The notes under the pieces: generated by a model
What the model was told of the DNA's origin: nothing
The model's database searches: none
The model's input: the letters and a program-made list of their open reading frames with translations, nothing else
Made by a program: the position numbers and the translations under genes
In this document: piece by piece, positions 24,860-36,552 of the stretch
Layout of the letters: every line of letters begins with the position of its first letter
Numbering within the stretch: position 1 is the first letter of the stretch
Assembly: GCF_963921235.1 (NCBI RefSeq)
Contig: NC_086097.1
Location: 138,014,001-138,078,000, forward strand
Direction: 5' to 3'
DNA length: 64,000 bases
Origin: Mobula hypostoma
Lineage: Eukaryota

Positions 24860-25190
24860 ACTCAGGGTGTGGTACTCCTTCGCCTTTGTGTCAGGAAGAT
24901 GTGGATTTGTCCCACTGAACAAATCTGGGGGTAGCACCCTTGCGGCAATGTGGGACTCTTGGACTGTCTTCCTGATGAAACATTAATTGGAAGCCCTGCC
25001 TTCCCTCGCGGGTGAATTCTGAAAATCCCATGGTTCCAGAAAGAGAATGGAGTTCCTGATGTCATGGGCAGCACTTCCTTACCGCTGACCTCCAAACAAA
25101 CCCCCATGGTCAGACTGGCTACCACGTTTCCTACAACACAGCAGTGTCTAGGCTTGAAAGGCAGTGGGAACTGTAGGAAGTGTTGAGATT
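24860..25190 (+). mobile_element. Old Deu-domain SINE (SacSINE1/AmnSINE1-like)
   Basis: Resembles the Deu-domain consensus (CTGTCTT.C.GATGA.A..TTAA; GGTG.A....AAATCCCATGG; GGCT.CCACGTTTCCTACA..ACA.CAGTG). Related minus-strand remnants at ~19660-19770 and ~21350-21445. Recognised by eye only. Confidence 0.55.
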
Positions 25191-26039
25191 GCCTGCTTCA
25201 TCTCTCCACTGCCTGGTTTTGAGCTTCTGGTCACTTTACCGCCTCTGCTGCTGATTGAGAATTAAACTCATGCTTGTCTACTTCAATGTGATGACAGGTC
25301 TTGCAACAATTGGTTTACTGGCCTGAACACACAAATCCACATGCACTGGAGAGGGGCCAAACCCCAAAATCAAAGCAGCTGGCAGAGAAGCAACATCAGG
25401 CCTGTTTTTCCACAGTTGTGGACTGGCTTTTGCTCATCCCAGAATCATGGAAAACTTACAATCCAGAAGATGGCCATTCAGCCCATCGTGCACGTGCTGA
25501 TTCAACAGATCTTCCCAGCTCCGCTTACTGGAGTCAAGGTCTGCTGTCAGCACTCCAAATATGCAACCAAATAGAAGTGTAATTGGCTCCTACCTCTCCC
25601 ACTGTTTCAGAATTAAGTTCCCACCCATAAATAACAAACACTTTACTCCATCTCCCATGTGATCCCTCTACTCTAAGCTCAGATCCTGTGGCTTAGGACA
25701 AAAGGAGTCTTCTCATTTACTTTATTCAGTCCCCTCATCACACACAGCACACTTAATCCTTCCTAAGCCTTCCGCATTCCAAAGAACACAACTTGAGCTT
25801 TTCCTCAGAACTACACATTTCAGTTCTGGCCACATCATTCTCTGCCCTCTCCCCAGGGTACTCAGATAGAACAGAGCATATCAAACAGTGGAGCACAAGA
25901 ACAGACCCTGGAGTCAATAATGTTGTGCCAAACACTATGCCAAATTAAACTAAATCTCTTTTGCCTGCACATGATCCACATCCGTCTATTCCTAGCACAT
26001 TGAAAATGAAAAAGAGAAGATAAGATCAAGCAGAGCAGG

Positions 26040-28160
26040 CAGTTTTGGAGTGCCATTGTGAGAGTGGGCCAGAGTAAGAGTGGAGAACTGAGGCTAATGA
26101 CTAGAGAGTCTCTGGTGAGTGAGCAGCAGGTAAGAATCAGGCTCTTATTTTTCCGTTAATGCGTGATATTTGACAGAATAGATCAAATAGTAGTCGGGGC
26201 AGTGGAATGCTCCTTCTCCAAGATGTGGGAAGTTAGGGAACCTCAGGGTCTCCTCGATGACTACGTCCGTGGGAAGCGCCCTCCTGGCAGAACAGGTCCA
26301 GGAACTGGAACTGGATCCTGATACTCAGCGTCATCTGACATTCCGAGATGAGGGTTTTAATGAGGTGGTCACACCACAGGCATCGACTGCAGACAGGTGG
26401 GTGACTACCAGGAGAGGTAAAGGAATAAGCAAACAATTCCCCTCAATAGTTCTGATATAAAAAACTGTCCTGTCATTTTTAAATGTCCTGTAGGGGTGGT
26501 AGTAGATCCAGGTACTTTAGGGTCATTTAAGAAACTCCTGGATAGGGACACGGATGATAGAAAAATGGAGGGTTAGGTAGGAGGGAAGGGTTAGATTGAT
26601 TTTAGAGTAGGTTAAAAGGATGGTATAACATTGTGGGCTGAAGGGGCTGTACTACATTCTATTTTAACAGGTATACTTGTTTGAATAGTGGTGTTGGGGG
26701 GTGCGGTGACCTTTCAGAGACCAGCAGCAGTAGGCAGGCCAGTGGCATTGTGCCCACCTCTGAGGTGGGAGTGAGGTCAGGCAGAGTCATACTGATACAG
26801 GAGCCATAGTAAGGGGAACAGATAGGTGCTTCTGAGTTTGTAATCGAAACTCTGGGGTGGTATGTTGCCTCCCCGACGCCAGGGTTGAGGGTCTCTTGCA
26901 GTGGGTGCAGGACATTCTGAGAGGGGAGGGTGAATAGATAGAGGTCATGCTGCATATAGGTACCAGTGACATAGTCATGAGGTCCTGCAAAGGGATTTCA
27001 GGGAGCTAGGTAGAAAGTTATAAAGCAGGGCTTCCAGGATTGTAATCTCAGACTTAGTAACCGAGCCATACTGTATACTAGTGAGATGAGAAATAATTAT
27101 GTAATGCAGGGTTGAGGGGAGAAAGATGGCACTATATTTAAGACTGAAAGGGCAGACTAATCAACACAGTGAGACTAGTGGGCTGAAATGCGTTTATTTC
27201 AGCGCTAGAAATATACGTCAGGAAGGATGAGCTTAGACTAGATCAGCACATGGAATGACAGTGTTGCCATCACAGAGACCTGAGGGGAGGGAGAGGCGGA
27301 TCAGCACTCCTGGGTTTTGTTATTTTAGACATGACAGAGAGGGGGTGAGAGAGGTGGAGGGGTTGCACTACTGATTCGGGAGAAGGTCACAGCAGTACCC
27401 AAGAGGACAGACTCGAGAGCTCATCCACAGAGGTGATTTGGGTGGAATTATACTATAGGCTCCCAGTAACTACCAAGAGGTGGAGAAACAGATATTTAGA
27501 CAGATATAGGAAAAATGCACAAACAATAGGGGGACCTTAATTTCCCCAGTATTGATTGGAACTTCCTTTGTACAAGAGGCTTAAATGGCGAAAGACTTGC
27601 ATCTTGAAACAGCATGTGGAGAGTCCATATTTAGGAGAAAACATGCTAGACCTGGTTTTGGGTAATGAGGGCAAATTCTGGCTAGAGGCCTGTGACCAGT
27701 GATCAGTTCTGGGACCTCTGTTGTTTGTGATATAAACCAATTGTAATGATTGCTTGGACAAACTTGAGTTGTTCTCTCTGTTGCTTCAGAGGCTGAGGGG
27801 AAACCTGATAGAGGTTTTTAAAGTTATGAGAATCATGGATGGGGTAGATAGAATCTTTTTCCGTGGGTGGAAATGTCAAATGTCAGAGGACATGCTTTTA
27901 AGGTTAGAGGGGGAAAGTTTAAAGGTGCTGTGAGGGGTAAGTTTTTACATGCAGAGAGTGGTGAATGCCTGGTAAATTACTAGAGTAGTAGTGAAAAAAT
28001 GCAATTTGTTAAAATTAAAGAGGCTTTTAGATAGACACATGAATATGAAGAGAATGGAGGGATATGGACGGTGCAGGAGCACATTTAGTATAAATTGGCA
28101 TGAAGATCAGCACATGATGGGCTGAATAGCTTGTCCAGTGCTGTAGAATTCTAAGTTCTA
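26040..28160 (+). mobile_element. Degenerate CR1 fragments (ORF1 zipper and esterase, endonuclease start, 3' end)
   Basis: ECSFSKMWE, QVQELELDPD, VCCLPDARV, HIGTSD, LKCVYFSAR; 3' end fragments with ttctaagttctat tail. Confidence 0.75.
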
Positions 28161-28768
28161 TATTCATATATCTTTTATAATCTATGAATGATTTACGTTC
28201 AATGTATGTGTTTCATCTGAAGGTGATGTGTGTGATGCTGCTACCAGTAAGTTTTTCATTACACCTAAACATACATATACTTGTGCATCTGGCAGCAAAC
28301 TCAAAACTGTTTCGACTCGACTATCTAAAAGCTTCTTAAACTCCACTATCATAGCTGTCTCCACCACTACCTGGCACACAGAACTCTGTATAAAAAAATA
28401 AGCTTACCTGGCACATCTCCTTTAAACTTTCTCACTTTCACCTTAAATGCACTTCTGCCCCAGGAAGAAGATTGTACCCGCCTTCAGAACACGTGATAAA
28501 CTCTCCCGAAACATGCAGACCCGAGCTGTGCTCAAGCCGTACCTAACCAGTGTAGAGCTGTGTTCAAGCATAACTCCCTGTCTGGTCCTGCAACTGTTAA
28601 GGATCTGTGGATGTACCCTACAACATCCCTTGGACCCGAAACCTTCAGTGCTGTTTTATCTCTCCCCAGCATTCTCTGTTCTTGTTCCAGTGAGAATTTA
28701 ACGACTTCCCTTCCGGAGTCTGCCTGTCGCTGGGTGCCTCACGCTTAGTGATTCCAGGTGGAGCATAC

Positions 28769-28890
28769 CTGTTCTTTTCGCGCAGCCAGTAGATGTTGTT
28801 GGTCTGGAGCAGCAGCTCCTTCTCCAGCTTGTTTGTGAATAAAGAATTTTCCAACAGTTGGATTTCCAGTCGCGAGGTTTGATTCAAAAC
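28769..28890 (-). CDS. Angiopoietin exon 3 equivalent
   Basis: ctgtgtttag|GTT TTG AAT...AAC AG|gtatgc, 122 bp, phase 0/2. Translates VLNQTSRLEIQLLENSLFTNKLEKELLLQTNNIYWLREKN; in frame with the previous exon. Confidence 0.96.
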
Positions 28891-29439
28891 CTAAACACAG
28901 TAAATCATCATTATCTCAAAACAAATCATCATTCTTCAATAAACACTGCAAACTAGGACATCAATTAATGGAAACAGATTAAAGTAATTTGTAAACAAAA
29001 TGCAAATATAGAGTTTACAGCACAATCCCAGTTCCCCCCTCATAGACTTGGAACACCATGTTTGTTTGGCGAGTGCAACACCCCCCCAAAAAAGACCACC
29101 CCCTCCCTCTTCTGTCATTCCTGGTCTCCCTCTCACCTTAGCACAGACATTTCTTTCTCGGTACTCTGCCACCTCCTTTCTGCAACTTACAACTTGGTTT
29201 GTCTCTCTCTGTCCCACATCTTTCAAAAGATCTCCAACCTATTTTTCCCTCTCCACAGTTGCCGCCTGACCCACTGAGTATTTCCAGCTTTTTGGTTTCG
29301 TTTAGGGTTTCAGCATCTGCAGCATTTTGCAGTAGGTTCCGTCCCCAGTCTGTGTTGTGGAAGCTGATCCAGGAAAGAAAGGGAATGGATTCCTTGAGCC
29401 TGCTCCTCCATTCAATATTTCACAGCTCCAGCGAACGAG

Positions 29440-29715
29440 ACTCAATCCTGACCTACGGTTCTATCTGTGTGGAGACTCTCCCCATGACCACGCCGATTTC
29501 CTCCAGGTGCTCTGATATCCTCTCACATCCCAGAGGCACATACGTTGGTAGATTAATTGGTTGCTGTAACTTCCCCCAGTTTGTAGACGAGGGGAAAATT
29601 TGGGAGTTGAGATGAATATCAGGAGAGTAAAATGGGATTAATGGGAATGCGTTGGTTGACGGTCCTAGTGAATTCAATAGGTGGTAGGGCCTGCTTCGAT
29701 GGTCTGCGGGTCTAT
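29440..29715 (+). mobile_element. Degenerate V-SINE
   Basis: tcaatcctgacct...gatttcctccaggtgctctgatatcctctcacatcccagaggc resembles the V-domain. Confidence 0.6.
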
Positions 29716-31125
29716 GATCACTTTGCCTTCATTCCACTTAAAAACACTCTAGGTATCCAAATGCAGCCACCCACTCTGGGCTTTGACACAGTGAATCCTG
29801 GAAAGAGAATCTCTCTCCAGAAGAGGCTTGAGCTCAGAGACCAGAGTAAAATTGACCTCCCAGTCCTGTATTCCAGGCTGGCACCAAGCAGTGACTGAGA
29901 GGGAATGCTCCCAGCTGATTGGCTAGTCACTCAGGATCCCTAAACATTGCAGAATTCTACAAAACCTTGAAAGTCTACGTTGATGCCCTAGAGCAAAATA
30001 TTCACTCTGTGGATGTGTGAGAGAGAAAGTATGTGTGAAAGACTGAGAGAGTGTAACAGAGTGACTGTGAAAGTTTGACTGTAATTGTTACTTAGCTCAT
30101 TGTCACATACCGATGTTCAATGAAAAATTTAGATATGTTAGACATTGAAACACATGACTTCTGAACGTAAGTGCATTGAGTAAGCACAAACAGGAAAGCA
30201 ATAACAGAGTTACTGTTGCAGAGGAAGTATTGCAGGTAGATTTGGAGATCAAGGGTTCACCTTTATTTGAAGAGGTCCATTCAAGTGTCTTACAACACCA
30301 GGATAGGAGCTGTCCTCGAGCAAGGTGGTGCAAGTTTTGCAGTTTTGTGTCTTTTACCCAGTGGAAGGAGGAAGAAGAGACAATGACGTCGCTGCGGGGT
30401 GGGGGGAGGTGTCCCTATGATAGTGAGACTGTGTGAATGTATGGGCTGAGGGTGTCCTTTTGAAGGCTGTATGTGCAAGTGTGTTTGTCCCAGTTTACTC
30501 GATTCTTCTCATCACAGCGCACATTTTGAGCCACTTAGCACAACATTGGGAATAAAAGCTGAGGGTTTCTCCAGGTCACGCTGAAGAGTCCGGATGCAGA
30601 ACCACAATCTCAAGGCTGGGGGCCACTGGTTTTAAACCAATGGTACCTCGCCACATCAGGCCTAAACCTATCACCCACTCACAGCTGCCTGGCTTTCACT
30701 CACAAAGAATAGTCTCTCTCCTCAGAGAAGGACCCTCCAAGTCAGAATGATATTACAACTATTTATTGACATTTCGTACAGCTTTGTTAAAGTGCCAAGG
30801 GCCGATTCACTCTTTCAAACCTAATTAAACAAAATTCTTACAACATGTTGTAACCAGATAAAGATACCAGTGATGTATTTACAAGAATCACTCAGTCCTG
30901 ACTGAACATTGCCAGGAATTTTTTTCTTCAAGAGCTTGTATTTAACTTGGAAGAGGTGCATAAGACTGTGTGTTATTCTGGCCCAGCTTAAGTGTAAAAT
31001 GGTCCCTTGTGCCACTTGCAAAAGAAGACAGAACCCAGCCCCCTCTTGTTGTTCGCTGTCCGCAATCAGCTACCCAAACCAACCTTCCTCCCACCACCCC
31101 CACCCCCAAGTCTCAAGGGCCGTAC

Positions 31126-31281
31126 CTGCGTCTCAACATCTGTCAGTCTGCGTGTGTGCTCGGCAGTCTGGCTCAACAGACTGTTGCTGATCTCCAGCAT
31201 GGTGGCTGTGTGGTTCTGCACAGCGTTCTGCTGTAGCTGGGCCAGCTCGCTCTTCATGTTATCCTGGATGTAGGTCTCCAA
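31126..31281 (-). CDS. Angiopoietin (ANGPT1/2/4 family) exon 2 equivalent, coiled-coil region
   Basis: Minus strand tctccccag|TTG...ACG CAG|gtacgg, 156 bp, phase 0/0. Translates LETYIQDNMKSELAQLQQNAVQNHTATMLEISNSLLSQTAEHTRRLTDVETQ, closely matching angiopoietin exon 2 (QQNAVQNHTATMLEI, LSQTAEQTRKLTDVETQ). Confidence 0.96.
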
Positions 31282-31384
31282 CTGGGGAGAGACATTCGAA
31301 CACCATTAGAGAGTTAAGTCCTGGCCTACACTGAAGCAGGATCCCCATCTTCCTGATCAAGTTCAGGCCATTACTGGCATCAAT

Positions 31385-32335
31385 CCCATCAATCCACCAA
31401 TGCTCTATCCGTGCTAGTATCTTTCCGGTAACACCATGGGCTCTTATCTTGTTAAGCAGCCTCATATGTGGCACCTTGTCAAAGTCCTTCTGAAAATCCA
31501 AGTACACAGCATCCACCGATTCTCCTTTGTCTATCCTGCCTGTTATCTCCTCAAAGAATTCTAACAGATTTGTCAGGCAAGATATTCCCCAAGGAAACCT
31601 TGCTGACTTTGGCTTATTTTATGAGAACCAAGAACCCTGAAACCACATCCTTAACAATTGACTCCAATATCTTCTTAACCACTGAGGCAGGCTAACTGGC
31701 CTATAATTTCCTTTCTTCTGCCTCCCTCCCTTCTTGAAGAGTGGACGACATTTGCAGTTTTCCACTTGTCTGCAACCATTCCAGAATCTAGTGATTCTTG
31801 AAAGATCATGACTAATACCTCCACAATCTCTTCAACTACCTCTTTCATAGCCCTGGGGTGTAGTCCATCTGGTCCAGGTGACTTATCTACCGTCAGACTT
31901 TACAGTTTCCCAGCACCTTCTCCCTACTAGTAGTAAGTGCACTCACTTCTGCCCCCAACACCCTCGAATTTCCAGCATACTGATGGTGTCTTCCACAGTA
32001 AAGACTGATGAAAAATCCTTATTCAGTTCATCCACCATTTCCTTGACCCACATGACTAACTCTCCGGTGTCATTTTCCAGCAGTCTGATATCTACTCTCA
32101 CCTCTCTTTTGCCCTTTATAAAGCTTTTGGCATCCTCTTTGATATTATTGGCTAGCTCATCTTCATATTTCATCTTTTCCCCACTTAATGGCTTTTTTAG
32201 TTGCCTTCTGTTAGTTTTTAAAGTTTCCCAATCCTCTAACTTCCCACTGATTTTTGCTCTATTATATGCTCTCTCTTTGGCTTTTATGTTGTCTTTGACT
32301 TCTCTTGTCCACCATGGTTGTGTCATCCTTCCTGC
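31385..32335 (-). mobile_element. CR1 ORF2 internal fragment
   Basis: QPWWTREVKDNIKAKERAY, ELNKDFSSVFTVED, DAVYLDFQKDFDKVPHMRLLNKIRAHG. Confidence 0.9.
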
Positions 32336-35300
32336 AGAATACAAAGAGTTGAGCCACAGCTACTTTCCAATGGGCTAGTTATAGATTAAAGTAAAACAAA
32401 CCCCTATAGTGACCAAATGTGCAAATTTACAGATTTATCAATGGTGTTTTGATCGGTAAGATTTGGGTCTGATCAAATACTAAATAGACTTAAAAATAAA
32501 TAAGGATGTCCAAAGTTTCAAAAGGTGCTTTGCAGATACAGATGTGGGAAAGAGACTGTTTTGCAGCAACGCAAGAAGATAGGAAAAAGAATAGGCTATT
32601 CAACTCCTTCGATCTGTCCCGCCATCCAATACAAACTTGCCTGAACTGTCCTAGGGCTCAACTCCTCTTCAGCTCAGTTCCCTGATAAGGTCATTAGAAA
32701 ATGTAAAGAGTTTCATATCACAGAATAAAATAAACATCGTATAAATTAGGAAAAGTTTAGGCAAATAGGTGGACTCTAATTGGTTGGGTGAACTTTGACC
32801 AAGGGTTCCAAGTAAGACTCTATTTTATTGGGGTAATGTCTTCTTGGGCAGATAGAGAACTGGAACCCTTGCACCTGATACGTACGGAACATGAATGAAA
32901 AGCACAAAGGATCAGATGACCCAATCTACATCATCTCACTGAGTCATTGTACCGTAATGAAGAACACATCCAATCAGAAACAATAACTCACACAAGAACC
33001 AGATACCTGAACTTGGTCTCAGGTGCCAGCAATTACAGTGCAGAGGGTCAGTCACATCACTGACTTCTTTCAGTATCCTTTATTACACTCTGCTGCTAAC
33101 TGATCCTTGAAGTTCAGCAAGAGGGTCAATAGCCTGCTGACTACTTATAGGGACTTCGGGTAAGATGGCAGTATGTTCAGACGTAACAGTCTCTCAGCAG
33201 CCAACCAAAGGTGTTTTTTGTCTTTTTTAAACATCTTTTTCTAATGATTGCAGGACAATGCCGGATATTAAGACTTCAGGTAGTGTAGGTGTACCCATCA
33301 GTGAGCTGCTCGTTGGTGGAGGAGCTGGATTTAGTGCAAGCCATGTTATTGTCTGCTACGTGATGGCTTCGGAGCTGGTGCATGAAGGCGCTGTGCAGTC
33401 TAACCGCGAGTGATTGCCTTGGGTGTTTCTCTTGCAATCGCAAGACCCTGTTGGACATTGATAATGTAAAATGCTGCAAGTCCGTTTCCCTTGTTTATTG
33501 GTGAGACAGACAGCAGGGGGAGCTGTGCAGCCTAGGTGAGGACTAGGCCTCAAGCCGCAGGCTTGCCTGTTGCAGTAGTTCAGGAGAGGAGAAGCCAGAG
33601 GCAGTGGGGAGTGTTGTGTCTATGGGGGCTGACTCCTCCTGTCGGTGCTGCCCTCTAATATTCGCTCGTTGAAATGACAAGCTGAATTGTATGTATGAGT
33701 GTATGCATTCATCTGCTGACTGCTGAAAACTGCTTGTCCTTGTCGATAACACCTGTGCACCATCAATTTACAGGTATGTCACTTTGGGACCTGGGGCTGT
33801 AGAAATTGCCTGACTTGCTGAGTTCCTCCAGCATTTTGTGTGTGTTCCTATATATAATGTAAATTTTTTGTTTGAATGTATGTTTACTTGCTAACTGATA
33901 TGTGCTATATGTACCTTGTGCTGTGTATGACTGTCGGTACTGTGTTTTGCACCTCGGCCCTGAAGTAACACTGTTTCACTTGGTTATATTCATGGATATT
34001 CATATATGGTTGAATGACAATTAATAGCTTTGGAAGAATCTGTTGCAGTCCATTGAACATCCAAAAATCACAATCAGGCAGGAAGAGGACAGCTCCTATT
34101 ATTTTGTTTTCTTGAAATATCAACTGCGTTTCAGTTGATTGCAAACTCTGAGTCAGGGGGACCGACCTCAAAAACCTCTGCTGAGACGGGAATAGTGATT
34201 CAGCCTGATACTTCAGTCCGGCGCAGAGGGAGCATAGAACCGATAACGGGAAATGCTTTCAACCAAAGACAGAAGAGAGACTGCAGATGCTGGGAATCTG
34301 GAGTGACACAAAATGCTGGAAGAACTCAGTGGGTCAAATCTACAGCGGGAAATGAACAGTTGAAGTTTTGGGCAGAGCCCCTTCAACGGGCCTAGAAAGA
34401 AAAGAGGGCAGAAACCAGAATACAATGGTGGGGGTGGGGAGTAGTATGAGCTGGCAGGCAATTTCATTAATGTTTAGATGCTCTGGGTCTAAATCCTAGA
34501 ATTCCCTACACAACAGCACCATGGAAGAACCTTGGCTCAATCTGTGATGACACAACAAAAGGTAGATAGGGGCAAATATTCCAATATAGCTAACAACCTA
34601 CCCGAGGAGCGACCTGCTATCTGCTGGAGGAATGCAGTTGGTCAAGCATTATCTGTTGGGGGAAAGCAACTGTTGATATTTTGCGTCATCTAGACCTTGA
34701 TGAGTCCAAATGCAGTGTTTCAACCCAAAATATTAATACTTCCTTTCTTCCCGCAGATGCTGCTTGACATGCTGAGCAGATTATGTGTTGCTCCAGACTT
34801 CAGGATCTACAATCTCTTGTGACTCCATCTACCTGAGAAGATATTCCACACTTAGGCCCAGGAACATTGGATTATCCCAGTACAAAGGGAACTGTAGTGG
34901 ACTAAATCCATTTCTTAAAAGGATCTTCCGGAGTTCCTTTTGTGAAATGCAAGTACCTCCCCTGAAACTCTTGCAGTCTTCCACAGAGAGAACATCAGAA
35001 CCCTTCTTCCATGAATATTTTCCAGAATAAACAGCCCGGGATTTTTTGGGGGGAAATAAAACAATGGATTCCAAGTGAATCCTGTCACAGTGGGAGCTTG
35101 GATTGGAGAACGTGTTCAACATTTCAATAAGTAGCCAAGTAACTAAAATCATGTCAAATTGGGTGTGAATTTTAACATGAGTTCTGCACTCATCCAAATC
35201 TCAAAAACAAGGCACAAGTCTGGAGTGTGATGTAATCCACTCACCTGGATTGATGTAACTTGGCAGCTCTCAAGAAGCTCAACACCATCCAAAGTAAAGC

Positions 35301-35605
35301 AGCCTACGTAATGATAACCCATCCACCACCATGAAAATCCATTCTCTCTACCACTGGTACACGGAAGCTTAAGTGTCTATCATCTACAAAATACATTACA
35401 GACACTCACCTGCGCTATTCTGCTACCATCTCCTGAACGTGCAGCTAACAAGAGGAAAAGGGCAGTGGGTGCAGAGATTCCTCTCCAAGCCATGTACCAT
35501 CCTGACCTGGAAATACCTGCAGACTGCCCATTCCTTCATTGTCACTGCTTCTGAATCTTAGCACTCCATTAATATTAATATCATGTTGGAGCTCACACAA
35601 CCAAA

Positions 35606-36552
35606 CATAGAATAGTACAGCACAGTACAGGCCCTTTGGCCCACAATGTTGTGCCGACCCTCAAACCCTGCCTTCCATATAAGCCCCCACCTTAGATTCC
35701 TCCATATACCTGACTAGTAGTCTCTTAAACTTCACTAGTGTATCTGCCTCCACCACTGACTCAGGCAGTGCATTCCACGCACCAACCACTCTCTGAGTAA
35801 AAAACCTTCCTCTAATATCCCCCTTGAACTTCCCACCCCTTACCTTAAAGCCATGTCCTCTTGTATTGAGCAGTGGTGCCCTGGGGAAGAGGCGCTGGCT
35901 ATCCACTCTATCTATTCCTCTTAATATCTTGTACACCTCTATCATGTCTCCTCTCATCCTCCTTCTCTCCAAAGAGTAAAGCCCTAGGTCCCTTAATCTC
36001 TGATCATAATGCATACTTTCTAAACCAGGCAGCATCCTGATAAATCTCCTCTGTACCCTTTCCAATGCTTCCACATCCTTCCTATAATGAGGTGACCAGA
36101 ACTGGACACAATACTCCAAGTGTGGCCTAACCAGAGTTTTATAGAGCTGCATCGCGACTCTTAAACTCTATCCCTCGACTTATGAAAGCTAACACCCCAT
36201 AAGCTTTCTTAACTACCCTATCCACCTGTGAGGCAACTTTCAGGGATCTGTGGATATGTACCCCAGATCCCTCTGTTCCTCCACACTACCAAGTATCCTG
36301 CCATTTACTTTGACTCTGCCTTGGAGTTTGTCTTTCCAAAGTGTACCACCTCACACTTCCCCGGGTTGAACTCCATCTGCCACTTCTCAGCCCACTTCTG
36401 CATCCTATCAATGTCTCTCTGCAATCTTTGACAATCCTCTACACTATCCACAACACCACCAACCTTTGTGTCGTCTGCAAACTTGCCAACCCACCCTTCT
36501 TCCCCCACATCCAGGTCGTTAATAAAAATCACGAAAAGTAGAGGTCCCAGCA
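35606..36552 (-). mobile_element. Young CR1 3' portion
   Basis: LGPLLFVIFINDLD, KFADDTK, LYKTLVRPHLEYCVQFWSPH...FFTQRVVGAWNALP; nearly identical to 43260-44226. Confidence 0.95.
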
